From positions 1-64,000 of the forward strand of contig NIVC01004015.1 in the NCBI GenBank assembly GCA_002269645.1: a DNA stretch of 64,000 bases, written 5' to 3'. This DNA is from Macrostomum lignano. Taxonomy: Eukaryota. Positions 38,786-51,253 of this stretch are shown here, in pieces (position 1 is the first letter of the stretch; every line of letters starts with the position of its first letter). The notes under the pieces are model-generated. The model was given only the letters and a program-made list of their open reading frames with translations. It made no database searches and was not told the DNA's origin. A program made the translations under genes and the position numbers.

Positions 38786-40897
38786 TCAGCGAAAGGTAAG
38801 CGGACGAACTTCGTCAATTTTCAGTTGCAGTATCCAGGTTGTCGGAGCGAACTTGCTGCTGCTGGCCAGGTCGATGTTAGCCGCCAGTCGCCAGCCCTTG
38901 GAGATCAGAGCGTCGAGTAGCGCTGCCACAAGTCCCAGGCCTTCGATGGTGACGTCCGGGTTGTCCGCGTGCCACTGCCAGGGCTGGTCAGTGAAGTTGA
39001 ACCCGATCACCCAGCCGCTGTTAGACTCGCTGAGCTCGCACTGCTGACTGCGAAACCAGGAGTCGCGAATTTCGTTAGTCAGCTTGTCTTTGAGCTCCTC
39101 GGCGGCGCCCATCACTAGCAGGTGGCTCGACTCGTGGATGGCCACGCTCAGGTGCGGCTGCACCAGGGTGTTGGAGCAGCGACGCAGTACCATCAGGCTC
39201 TTGTCGTATGCGCTGCGATAGATATCGGCCTGTAATAATGAGCATTCGCTGTAGGTTTCTAGCACTAAATCTCTGCTAATTTTGATGTGTTCCGTCCAAA
39301 TTCGATTTATATGAAGGCGACGAACGATCTAAACGAAGACTATGACTTTATTTGCTAGGATTTCTTAATGACCAATTGCGTTTGCCGAAAGCTTGCTACA
39401 AGTGTTTCATTTAATCCAAACAAATATGCCTTAGCTACTTACATTGAGCACAATAGTCCAGCCCATGCTGCAGATTTCCTTGAGCAGCTCCATTACCAGT
39501 TCACAGGCTCTCACAGATGTGTCCTGATTCCAGGACTGGATGAACCAGGGCGATGATTTCAACTGAATCCGGCTCATTCGATCAGGGACAACCTCCGAAG
39601 ACTCGGAGCGCAGACACCCTGGGGCCCAGTGCTGACGGCAGATGCTGACGGTCTTGGTGACAACCTCGTCTGGAGCGTCGTACAGACGGATTTGATCGCG
39701 CTGATTCAAGCTGACAATCATGAGCTCACCGTCGGCGCTGCAGATACATGAAGTTATGCCAGAGGGTTATATGATTTTATCTAGAGGTTTAACGGATTCA
39801 GGGTTCAACTACCTTCAATTTTTTAAGTTTTTGCTTAGTTTTCAAACCTAAGAAAGTCAAGGTTCCGATAATTACGAGTATTACAGTACAAGCAACTCTG
39901 CTTCTATTGCCTCAGGCGCCCGACGGAACAGCCAGCCGACACTGTGCTCTGGATTTCCCTGTTTTTGCTCTTGTGCCGTTCTTAATCAACTTTGTTGCTG
40001 ATGCGAAACACTTTATTAATTTTTCTTTACTGACGGTTGTGAATGTCTGGTCGAACCTTTCATTTCAATAAAAAAATCACTAACCCCTGCGTCGTCTTGA
40101 GGAACGTCAGGCAGTCCATGTTACCCCGAGCGTGTGTCGTGGCCAGGAACTCGTAGCCGTAGTTGGCCAGAATTTGCACCAGGGCGAGCACAATCAACGG
40201 GCCCCGTTCGCCGTTCTCTTTATAGCTGTCCCAGGGCTGACCGTGAAGCTCGGCCGCGAAGCTCCTAGGCTGGTCGATGGCAACAGCACTGCCCTTCGGC
40301 CAGATGTCCTTTAGTTGAGCTGCAATCTCGGAGTTCACACCCTCAGGCGCGTTCACCACAAGAAGGCGGCCCCAGTCTTCAAAAGCGACGGTAAGTAGGT
40401 TGCCACCGGCTCCACCTTGAATTGCCGTCTCTATGCGGCGCTCTCGATCGTCATCGACAGCATTGAACACCCAGGAGCTGCGACAGGTGCCTTGTAGAAA
40501 AATTCCACTGGCAACCAGACTGCAACCAGCTTTCAGAAGCGCTGTGAGCAGCTGGTTTACAAGCCTGTAGACGCTCATCAGACGGTCTATGGGTTGCACC
40601 TGGCAATTTACATAAACAGATCTTAGATATACTGTTTTCCTTAACGCTACTGATGAAAATTATTGTTCTCACCTCCGAGTCAAATGGCTCTTTGTCCAGT
40701 CGCAGTTCGAAGCCCAACGAGAACTTCTTTACAGACCGAACTCCCGGCGCCCAGCAGTAATACACGGTGTCGCGCACCAGCTTACCAATATCCGTCGGGG
40801 CGTGGATCACCTGTAAAATGTCCGGCTGCCGAAATCCCACCACGAAACTGCTGGTTGGAAAAGCTCGGCCTTTGATGCGAGAATACTCGTTTCCCAT
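38786..40897 (-). CDS. Uncharacterised 492-aa protein made of four ~110-aa internal repeats, with an N-terminal myristoylation-like motif
   Basis: Exons 40673-40897, 40085-40599, 39443-39737, 38786-39229 (phases 0, 2, 0; canonical GT-AG). Each repeat reads hydrophobic strand...L.v..A(P)...W..(G)...L...P(W/F)...lv..ll..l...G(W/Y/C). Starts MGNEYS. Confidence 0.85.
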
Positions 40898-43366
40898 GTT
40901 CAATTTGTGGATTTGAATCGTACAAAAAAATCGCAATAAAAACGATCAGTTTAATTGTTAAAATGTAGAATTCCAAAGTTTGAATGTAGATTTGGCGAGC
41001 TGGCACTGCACAGAGAGTCAAACTGAGAAGTAGCTTGGCTCAAGAAATCAGTTTAGGACTACTGAACTGCTACCTTTTTATCTGCACCTTCCCGGTTTCC
41101 TTAGTTCACCTCCCCCTGGCTGCCACGCCCTGAATTCTTCTCCAGGCGAGGTCCGCCTCTTTTTCATCGGTCCGATTGCCTGAGCTTTCTGCTTCAGCTC
41201 AGGACACACCCCAATGAGCTTTAATAAATCCCTATAGCCGCCTCGAGAAAGGTTTTGTTTCGGGTAGGGTCGATGCCGCTTCTAAAAGAGCTGCAACCGA
41301 TACAGCATAGAAATAGCATGGGAGCTAAGAATTTCTTCTTTGTTTTCTGCTTGTCGAAGCATGCAAGCGTACCCTCTCGCCTGCCGGGTGTAGCCACTAG
41401 ACGTAGAATTTGGTGTTTTAAGCCGGTCCTAAGCCCGGCTTTTGTCTGCGTCGAGACTAGCCACAATAATACGAATATACTGTATTGCCAGGTAGAAAAG
41501 TACTCAAAATTGTCCGAATAACTCCGTCAGTGCACCATGATCAGCTAACGGGTCCTACCCGATTGCAGATTTCTCTCGATATTGTAGATTTAACTTGGTA
41601 GCGATATACGCACTTATTTATTTTGTGAAGAAAAAGACGTACACAAATCAGTTAATTCATCGCTTGACAAGGTTAAAAGAACTGCAGACGTCTATTTTCT
41701 CTATTGCACTATTACCCACATGCGTAGAACGTATCTTTGGTTTATGAAACTTTTTCAGTTGAGCTTTCGAACTTTGTCCTATCTTGAAAAATAACGAAAA
41801 TTAGGGTCACGAACCCGGTTTGACGCAATTAGAAAGCTAAACTTTTAGAGATTTTGCGGGGGTTCGGGTTGTGCTTTTTAACTGCCGCTTTTTAGGTGAA
41901 TAACCAATGCGGAAAGCCGTTTTTGCCGAGCCAAACTGGCTCTCCATAGATATTTTTCTAGTCAAGTGAATTGCGCAACGAGAATAAACTGGGCAAAGCA
42001 ATTAGGGCTGGAAAGAGGTGACAAGGACTGTGCAGTCGAAGCTCTGCGGAATTCCTGGGCCAGCTGTTGCTAAAGACTCTCACAAGCAGGTCTGTGGGAT
42101 ATCCAGCATTCTTCATTTCTTCTTCGAGCTACTGGTATTAGGCAGTGAATTGCCGGGCAAAGAATATGGCCGCGATAAAAATTTACGTGACAAGCTTCGG
42201 ATTTTTCTGTCGGGTTACCCATACACATGGCTTGTTACTAGCTCGGTCCAGTTTTAGTACCGCGCTTTTCGACAAAAAGAGACCATATTTTGCAATAAGC
42301 AGCCCGAGTAACCTGAAACGGGAAGGAATGGCTTCTTTAAGCTTTCCCACTTGCAGCCAGATATCTACCAGACTTATTACCGACATAACCGATGAAAAAT
42401 GTTGCCCTTGTAGCTAAACCGAGATATATCCTACAGTAGAGCAACTCTAACTACATGCATTCGGTTTGTTCCACATTCGACGAAATCTCGCAATTCATCA
42501 AGGAATTTTTCTTGCGCAGTGATAGTTATGAGATACAGTAGCAGTAGTTTTACAACCAGCACATCGTTAGGGCACCATTAATTTAGAATTAATTTCCTTT
42601 TCGTAGGCCGTATTATATAGCCGCTTCTAACACGCACCTAGCTTTATATGTATGGGCTACAGCATGCACAAATTCCAATCTGTGGCCTGCAAGTCGAAGG
42701 AAAATCCGCGCATATCTCTCCACGCGGCAGAATATTTTTTCTTTCCCTCAAAGATAGAAACGGCAGCAAGGCCTGCACCTGATGCTGAAACTGACCCAGG
42801 CCTGCGACGGCACCCCTACTGGGGGGGGGGGTAACACGCGGACGAGTTGCTGGTTCAATACAATGGGAGGCTGCTAGGCTGTTCAGTCCGCAGCCAGTTT
42901 GACCTCCTCTGTCCAGTTCTAAGACGGCGGGCGCCGCAAGATGAAGTGTCTGCGTGGGAAACCAAGGCAGCCTAAGGTCGGCCGGCAATACGAGATCCTG
43001 CATCCTAAGAAAGAAGGCCTTTCAAAGCGGAAGCGCATAAGGAACCAGCAAGCCTGATGTTCTGCACAAAACCGTTTCTAACTCTGCCCAATTAAGCTTG
43101 TGATCCTGCTGGCCTTTTGCATTCGCGCGAAGGCCTGCTGGAGCTAAATCAAAGGCACAAGAAAGTTATTGGTCCTTCAGCTGCAGCCAACAGTTTCCGC
43201 TTGGAGAGAGAAAAGTGCAACGAGCGGCGGTTTGCCCGTCGTCACTTCCAACCCAAGAGATATCTATTCCACTCGATTGAATATTGGCAAACCGCTGATA
43301 TCCCATCAAAACTTCATCCCCTGGTCTTACCTCATATTATAAGACGGGCCGGTTGATATTTGGCCG

Positions 43367-44731
43367 ATGAATGAGAAAGAAATGACCAAGCCCAGCTTCC
43401 TTACAGGAGCGATGAAGCCCACTGACTGGCTACTACCAATTGCGTTAGTCTGGCTAGTGCGGTTTTCCACTGCGCTTACAGACACAGCGATCAACTTTAC
43501 AATTCCATTCGAGACCTCAACAGCTCCGCCAAAGGACAGCATTTGCATCTGCAGTATCAATGTGTCTCAAGGTCGTCGCTGCCTGGACTGCCGACAATAT
43601 CAACTCGACTCACCGGACCTTGTGTTTCTGAGCTCTCGCAACATCTTGCTGAGGGCTCCGGTATGCAGTGGAGTCACCAGCATTAGAGCTGAACAGCCGG
43701 TGCGAATTCATCAGCTCCGCCCAGGTCGCCTGTTGCAGATGACGGGCCTGATCAGCATCCGGTTGCGCCAAGTTGACTTGAGATTCAGCTTTCATCCGGA
43801 CGCATTGAGAGGGCTCAAGAATCTTACTGACCTGGAGATAATTGGGCCGCACAGCCTTGACAGGCTGGAGGCGCACAGTTTTCAGCACACTCCCAGACTT
43901 AGGCGATTGGTGCTCAGAGACAACGGCATTAAGTACATCGATCGCTTTGCTTTCTGTGAGGCGGAGAATTTAGAGTACTTGGACCTGAGCAGGAATCGAA
44001 TAGTTGCGTATTCGTGCGACTGGTTCCCGGGCCTGTCTGCTCTGAAGTTTCTTAACGTCACTCTGCTCACTGGCACAGAGGTATTTGCTAGCGTGGGGAC
44101 TAAGCCACCAAGTTGCCTGTTCTGCCCGTTGACGGGTCTGGCAATATTGTCTTTTAATGATATAAACTACGCCGGACCAAGCATTCAGCTGCTGAGGCAT
44201 GCAATTATTAAGCACTACCGCTTGCAGTTGCTTGAGCCGCTGTTGTACAATGTTACTGGCTTGCGAGATCCTCAAACTTGCGGAGGCCTCGACGGAGAAG
44301 CGGCCATCGCCTGGCAGCAGTGCCAAAGATGGCGTGACGGCAAACCTGTGGTGGCCCAGTACGTGACTATGGGGCCGAGCACAGCTGCCGTTAGCAGCAC
44401 CACTAGCCCAGCAGAGGAAGTCTCCGACTCGAACGGTGTGATTCAAAGCCCGAACGAATACTTCAACAACAGCTCATCTCGACAAATTCCTGACACGAGT
44501 TCCGGCGATGGGCTTCAAGTGTTTTTAAGCAGTCAATTGTTTCTCGTGGTGCTTGTCGTGTGCATCGTCCTTGTGGCCTTGTCGTTGATCATCTGCTGCA
44601 TAGCCTGCTGCTTTGCCCGATCGCGCAGACACCGCGGCGCTCGCTACAGTGTCAAAGCTGCCAACGAAGCCGCCGCTGCCGCCGCTGCAGCTGGCAACCG
44701 GAAAGCCGCAAATGGTAAAGCAAATGCTTGA
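43367..44731 (+). CDS. Single-exon type I membrane leucine-rich-repeat protein
   Basis: Signal-like MKPTDWLLPIALVWLVRFSTA (second Met). LRRs such as LRRLVLRDNGIKYIDRFAF and LEYLDLSRNRI. Ser/Thr-rich stalk, TM LFLVVLVVCIVLVALSLIICCIACCF, basic stop-transfer RSRRHR, short tail with no TIR domain. Confidence 0.88.
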   Translation: MNEKEMTKPSFLTGAMKPTDWLLPIALVWLVRFSTALTDTAINFTIPFETSTAPPKDSICICSINVSQGRRCLDCRQYQLDSPDLVFLSSRNILLRAPVCSGVTSIRAEQPVRIHQLRPGRLLQMTGLISIRLRQVDLRFSFHPDALRGLKNLTDLEIIGPHSLDRLEAHSFQHTPRLRRLVLRDNGIKYIDRFAFCEAENLEYLDLSRNRIVAYSCDWFPGLSALKFLNVTLLTGTEVFASVGTKPPSCLFCPLTGLAILSFNDINYAGPSIQLLRHAIIKHYRLQLLEPLLYNVTGLRDPQTCGGLDGEAAIAWQQCQRWRDGKPVVAQYVTMGPSTAAVSSTTSPAEEVSDSNGVIQSPNEYFNNSSSRQIPDTSSGDGLQVFLSSQLFLVVLVVCIVLVALSLIICCIACCFARSRRHRGARYSVKAANEAAAAAAAAGNRKAANGKANA

Positions 44732-46518
44732 TTTTTGTTCCCTGGGCAAACTTTTGACTAAGGATTTCATCCTTTACTTTGCTACTAGTTAAGTGTTTTT
44801 TCTTTATGAAGTACGAGTATATTCAAACAAAAAGTTATTGTGCGATGTTGGTGATTGCAGTTGCTCAACGTAATTTTTCATGATATTTCGTTGAGCCAAC
44901 TACCGATTGGCTACTGAGTATAAGCAGCTGTACGCCTGCAGGTTGCAATTTGTGTTCTTTCCTAAGTTTTATTCTAGACATATTTGCTTCATCATTTTGT
45001 ACGGCTCATTAGCATATTTTGAGAAGTTACGAGCAGTTGGGACAGGTTTTAGCTGGAAGCCATTACTGTTTGGCTGTCTCTGCAAATTAATGTCTTAGTT
45101 AGACTACTGTTTGTGTTTTCGTGAGACGCCTGATAAGCGTTATTGTGGTGTTAGAAAATCCTGAAGCTGGAATCTCCGATTGAATATTCAGTCTATGCGC
45201 TAACTTCACTTCTGATCCATGCTCTACCGAGAGAGTGACTTTGCAAGCCCGCTTACCCCAAAAACTATTTTGACGTTTTCTCATTAAATCTGTGGTCCAC
45301 ACTGAAGCGTTTTCAAGTTTTAATTTTACTTTTTCTTGCCCGCTTTTCTCCTGACTGCAGACAGTCATTGTTTTAAATTTAGAAGAACAGAGCAAGTTCC
45401 AGACAGTCCTACAGCCTGGCTAGAAGTTCGCGAACCAAAGGAATGCATAAAAAGCCTCATAGTTAAGCCGCTGTTTTACTGACAAGAAGCAAAGCAGGCA
45501 AAATATAGGAGTGAAATTCTATCAGCCAAAGGCGTTGACGAACAGCTGGGGATCCCAGCTTAGCTGGTAAGAAGGCTTGTGATGCCAGGCTGGATTTTAT
45601 TCCCTTTTCACTTTAAGTTAAACTCTTGTCATTTCATTGACGGAGACTTACCTGACGTAACTCTTTCTAATGAATTTAAATGTTTTTAAGTGTACATTGT
45701 CGTCTAATTTTGATTGCTGAGTGCTTAAACTAGCTTAAGTTGTTTTGAATTTTAACCCGAATGTACAAATGTTCATTCAGTGAATTTTTAGGCTAGCATG
45801 CAGACAGTGAGTTCCAAAGTTTCATTTTAACATTCGTAACATTAGTGCGTGTTATTCTTGAGCAACTATTAGCCAGCATCAATTTCCGCGACTAACATCA
45901 GAGGTAATAATCAATAATACTACTGAAAGTACCCTGCAAAATGCTAATGTTTATTGTGAAAGCAAAATTGTATAAATAATATAGTTTCGATTATACTAAA
46001 AATTCAAACAAACAGAACGTTGTAAAGAAACTTTTAAGTTAAAATCATTGGATGGATTGTACAAAACAGCTGAATAAAACTTACATGAAAGTAAAAGTTT
46101 CACAAACTCTGATGGTTATCAATCATGCAAGCGTGCACTTTACAAGAAGCGGTAAATATCTCACGGAACCATCTGACCGGAAAAACAACTGTCGCTTTGC
46201 GCTGTGTTGCTACGGTGACAAAAATACTGCTGTAATCAAATGGCTGCCATAAAAGTACAGAAAAATTACATCTTCAATACGTAACTCTATTTAATGTGCA
46301 AACTTGGTCTGTCAATACACTAAAACTTCATTCGGGGCTTAACTATAGCGAGGCGAAGAAAGATAAGAAACGGGGCCACAAGGAGGTACTAAAGGCAAAT
46401 ACAGATAAGGCTGCTCTATAAGTAGAAAAATCTACGCAAACGTCGTAAGTCTTCGATCCTCCCTGAGTGCGACGATATTCTCTAATTATTCAGATTTATT
46501 AAAAAAAACTCGAACCAG

Positions 46519-47975
46519 ATGACGCTCGAGCGCTACTGGAATGACACCTACCTCGACACCCTGTTAGATCTGCGCATAGATTGTCTGCAGCAACCGCATG
46601 GTGCAACATGTGCAACTGCAACAGCTCTCGGCCTTTTAGCTAGCGTTGCAGTGCCAATCATTGTGGCTGTAGGCTGCTTCGGAAATCTAATCACGGCGCA
46701 TATACTGCTAATCCGAATGCGTACTAAACGGTTAGCTGCAGGTCGCCAGTTCCGTGTCAGAGGCTTCACTAGGCAGCACATGTATCTTGGCTGGATATCA
46801 CTGTCCGATGTGGGAAATCTCGTCAGCTGGGGCATTGCTTGGCAGTTTCTAGCCAGAGGACTGCCCTGGATCAGCGGCGGAACGGTTGGCTACATCTTGC
46901 CAAACGTGTCAGACGCGGCTTGTCGCTCGTTCCGGTTTGTTCACAATTTCTTTCACACTCTGTCAGCTAATTGGTTTCTGTTGATGACGGTTGACCGGCT
47001 CGCCGCGTTGTACCTGCCGTTGCGAGCTCGTTCGCTAACTACCCGAGATGCAGGACGAGCTTTATTGGTAGCAGCTGCAACCACTCTGGCCATGGTGTGT
47101 CCCGTCCCAGTCTTCATCGGCTGGCACTACTGGAAGGGTCGAATCGCATGCCTGGCGGTGCCATCATTCGGTCGAGCTGTGCAGGTGTGAGCTGTTTCTT
47201 TTGCTACTTATAGTAGAAACAGTATTCTCGCTAACCAAAATGTGGGTAAAAATCCGAGCAATACCATAGTACGAGCTATTTCATTAATTGATTACTAGTC
47301 GAGTTCATCTCTGATCAGTGCCGTAGACCTATTCCAGAGACTTTTCAAAAGACTATTCCTGCTGCTTTCTCCCGTTGGCAGGTGTGGACAATAATTAGCA
47401 ACGCTCTATTTATGCTGCCGCCAACTGTTCAGTTGCTGCTTATCGCTGTGCTGAACCTGCTGCTTCTAGCGCGGATAAGACATCGAATTCGTCGTGCAGT
47501 AGACCCCGATGCTCGACCAACAGACGCGTCATTGACGACAAAAACTAGAATTGCCCCACTCGCCCCAACTTTGCAAGTAATTCTCCTGTCAGCCATATTC
47601 CTCGCATCGAGTTTGCCAACCTGTGTAGTTGCCATGATGGTATTGCATAGAACAGTGTTCGCAAACGACGGTAACGCTCAGATGCTCCGTTCGGTGCTCA
47701 ACATTGGCGACATCGGCCAGATTCTACTGTTGGCTAACCAGGCGGCCAACTGGCTTGTTTTGGTCTGGAAAGATCACCGATTTCGGGGTCATCTGTTGGA
47801 AATGTTTGGCCGATACAATCGGTCTCAAGTTAGCGTTGCAATCGGTCTAGGCGTTGCAGAGAATTGCAACCTCAGAGGATGCAGCAGTTCGGCTGCTGGA
47901 GTTGGCTCAATCTGGAATAGGCAAACCCGAGTCATAGTTAGAAAAGTTGCTTCCTCAACGGATTTCCGTTCTTAA
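46519..47975 (+). CDS. Class A GPCR, srw/FMRFamide-receptor-like orphan, 419 aa, 2 exons
   Basis: Exons 46519-47184 and 47382-47975 (CAG|GTGTGA ... ggcag|GTG, phase 0). TM1 GCFGNL, TM2 LSDVGNL, TM3 MTVDRL, TM7 ANQAANWLVL...FR. Confidence 0.9.
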
Positions 47976-49239
47976 TGTTGAGTATCGACTACTTGAAATG
48001 CGACGAAAGCTAAATACGTATCGTTGTCAGATCGATAAGGTTTAATATAAGCCAGCTAAATATTTTTCTTCAATCTACTATCGCCAGTGCGTACTGTCAC
48101 AAGCGGACTCTGAGCTCAATGTGCTATCAATCTCAGTTTTGGCTCCACAAGATAAGCAAGTCTTAAAGACCCGTCCATTTGTAGCAAATGAAGGCTACAA
48201 AGGCTCTTTTTCACCGTAATCAATTACAAGCCATCAAATCACACAGCAGAAGAGTATGACTTCGATTGAGGGATGGCGTAGTAGTTGCTAATGTACATTC
48301 TGTTTGGTAACTATGGAATCTCGAGTAAATAGAGAATGGTCTGTTTTCGGTTTTGTATATACATTTTGTACAGTTATAGTTTGGAATCGATCAGTACGGA
48401 AAGAAGAACAGATGGTTTTTTACTTTAAGTACAGTATGGTAAGCTTGTTACATTATGTGCCTGTTGACATAGCTGAATAAAAACTGATATCAATCAATAT
48501 CGCGCGTATCGTCAGAAAGTAAAAATATATATCCTTGAAGATCGAGTTACGGATTTATTGAATATTTAAACGCCGGCGAACTCAAATCGTAAAATAAATA
48601 TTTGATTTACGGCGTTCTACTAACCAACGCAGAGCAAATTTATGCTATATAGTTAGCGAACTCGCTTTGAAATTTTTTCTCAAGCAACTTTAGATCAGTG
48701 ATTGCTTTGTTTTACTAGGCTAAAAGCTTTTAAGAAGCTCAGCCTTTATTTAGGGTTCCAGGACATTTCGTCAACTGGTATTTTGTCAACCAGACATTAC
48801 AGCAACCGGACATTTGGCTCAAGCCAAAATTATTCGTCCGTCATGTTAGCCGTTAACGTTAACATATTTAAGTTTAAGTTCTTATTTTATGTGTTATCAT
48901 AGAAAATATTGAAACCATGTGCATGGTGTTCAGGTACCATGCATGGTACGAGTATTGCGACACCATTGAGGAAAATTTACTTCCAAGAAGTGTTAAACAA
49001 ATTTGAAATCGCATTACCTACTTCTCAAATTCTCTGGCTGGTGCTTAGAACTGGCTTAGTGGCTCCAGAAAGTAAATAAGAAAAAACTCACATTTTACGA
49101 CAGAACTAATTCAATAAAAACTCTACGAACTGTCTATGGCGAGATCGTGTTTAGGAGCAATCGCTTGTGTAAATTCTAATGAAACAAACAACCAATAGGA
49201 CAGGTTCAATATGAACTTCAATAACAAGTTGGCTAATCA

Positions 49240-50003
49240 TCTATATATCATTCTTCTATATATCTAAATCTAAGCTGTCTCTGTCTGTCTGTCTGTCTGT
49301 CTGTGCGATAGATAATAGAAAAAAATGGCTTAACTGATTTCCACCAAACTTGCACCATTCGATCAGAAATTTCTCCATGACGGTACATGGGTCGTGGCTA
49401 AGAAATTGCTCAATGCTAAAGGGATTAAATATTCGAAAAACTGTATTTTCCCTATCTAATTAGTGAATTTTTCTTGCAGTGAGAGCTCAATACGTCTATG
49501 GCCATAGACTAAACTTCAATTCTTGAGCTGATGCTATGAGTTTTAGATAACTATACATAGCTTATTAAATTGTAAAATTTATGAATATCTTTGTCTTCAA
49601 CTTGAATTGTTTGAATCCGGAACTGATTGTTTGAATTAAAGTCGGGGGTTACTAAAGTGCATAATCACTTGAACAGAAATGCCTCAACGACATTGTGCTA
49701 GGTTTAAGAGGCAATTGCTGAGATGTCAAGGCTTAATGGGGAATTGCTAAGATGTCAAGGCTTATGGGGCATTGCTGGGATGTCAAGGCTTATGGGGAAT
49801 TTCTAAGATGTCAAGGCTTGTGGGATTGTTGAGATGTCAAGGCTTACTGGGAGCATTGCTAAGATGTTATTGTCAAGGCTTACAGCTGGTGGAGTCGCTG
49901 AGATGCCAAGGCTTACTGGAAGCATCGCATGGGTCTATTCTTTAATATATTAGCAATATTTTCATTTTCCTTTTTGCACTCCCCGAACGGGCTGGATTGC
50001 TAG
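49240..50003 (+). mobile_element. Non-autonomous Helitron-like element (764 bp)
   Basis: A|TC 5' end (atctatatat), (GTCT)n near the 5' end, 3' end cccgaacgggctggattgCTAG|T. No TIR or TSD. A second partial copy lies at 3255-3462. Confidence 0.65.
49715..49925. repeat. ~28-32 bp minisatellite inside the Helitron-like element
   Basis: About 7 copies of ttgct(g/a)agatgtcaaggctta(t)gggg. Confidence 0.85.
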
Positions 50004-51253
50004 TCTATAGCTAAATCACCTATTGAATCGGTTAATATGAAGACAGGAAGAAGATAAAAAACTAGCAAACTATCAATTGAATTTCGAAAATTTCAAGAGA
50101 AGCCCTTCAGGATACTCGAATGTTTCTCAGTGCCTTCATACTCCCATTATTGTACGTAGTTTCATTATTCTCAAAGCAATCGGCAACAGAGCTGGGTTGA
50201 TTTAGTTCAAACTATTCCAACAGAATGACACAATTACTTCCTCCTATTTACTTTCAATTGCTATGTTATTGTACTCCCTTAATCTATTGATAAATTGCTT
50301 TCAGGACAGAATTTTTCACTGTATCCAAAACCCCTATTAACTCTATCTGTATTATCTCGAAAAATCGGTAAAAATGAGGTCAACACACTTAAATAATCAG
50401 AAAAACATCAGCCTTCGGCTTCAGCTTCAGCATCAGTGATTTTCTGTTATCACCGAAATTAACAAGCAGGTGTAGGAGTCAATCTTTATCTTCGTGTCGT
50501 TTTTGTTGGTAGATAAAACACATTGTAACAATTGATCCTAATGGGCAAGCTAGTAGACACAAAAAACTGAATAAAGTACATGCAAAAGCCTTTTATAAAC
50601 GCTGGCTTTGGGTAATGTTTATTCTACCAGACTACAGTGTGCCACAAATCAATAATACAAGCTATGTTAAATTTGCTGACAATGGAATGCATGTACGAGC
50701 GATATATGCTGATGTGTGCGAAAAAGCTATTGTTAAAAGAAAGTGTGGAAATATTATCATTGGAAAAAATAATTTACGTCGAAAAGGTGCACTGTGACTA
50801 TTTAATCAAGTAAATACTTGTATTACCATTAAGTAGCGACCTAATTTTCTACAGTGCGAAATTATCGTTTAAATTTTAATTTAACGAAATCAGCGATTTC
50901 AGTAACGATTGTTTTGAGGAAAACAACTCCGACACATCTACCTGTAGCTACGAATAAGTTTAGTTATTCCGAAGTCTAAATATAATGGTCAGGATAAATA
51001 TGTTATAAGTTTCGCATTTTTCATTTTCGCAATCACGCAGATGCAATATGTAAGTGTGTGACGACGTAAGTCTAAGTTCAGTGGCGCAACCTGGGGCGCT
51101 CTCGGCAGACCCTCGATCTTCACCGAATTTCTGGAGCCGCAATTGCTTATCTGTTTACGTTGGATTACTTCCGATCTTCTTGTAATTACTTCTTTTTTCA
51201 GTGATAGTTGACAGTCTTTGCAGGCTTACAGAGCGTGTCATGGACCGCCATGA

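Noticed and set aside
41221-43356. Several 60-120 aa ORFs between the four-repeat gene and the LRR gene
   Set aside because: No recognisable motifs or consistent splice chain. They may be UTR, promoter or decayed repeats.
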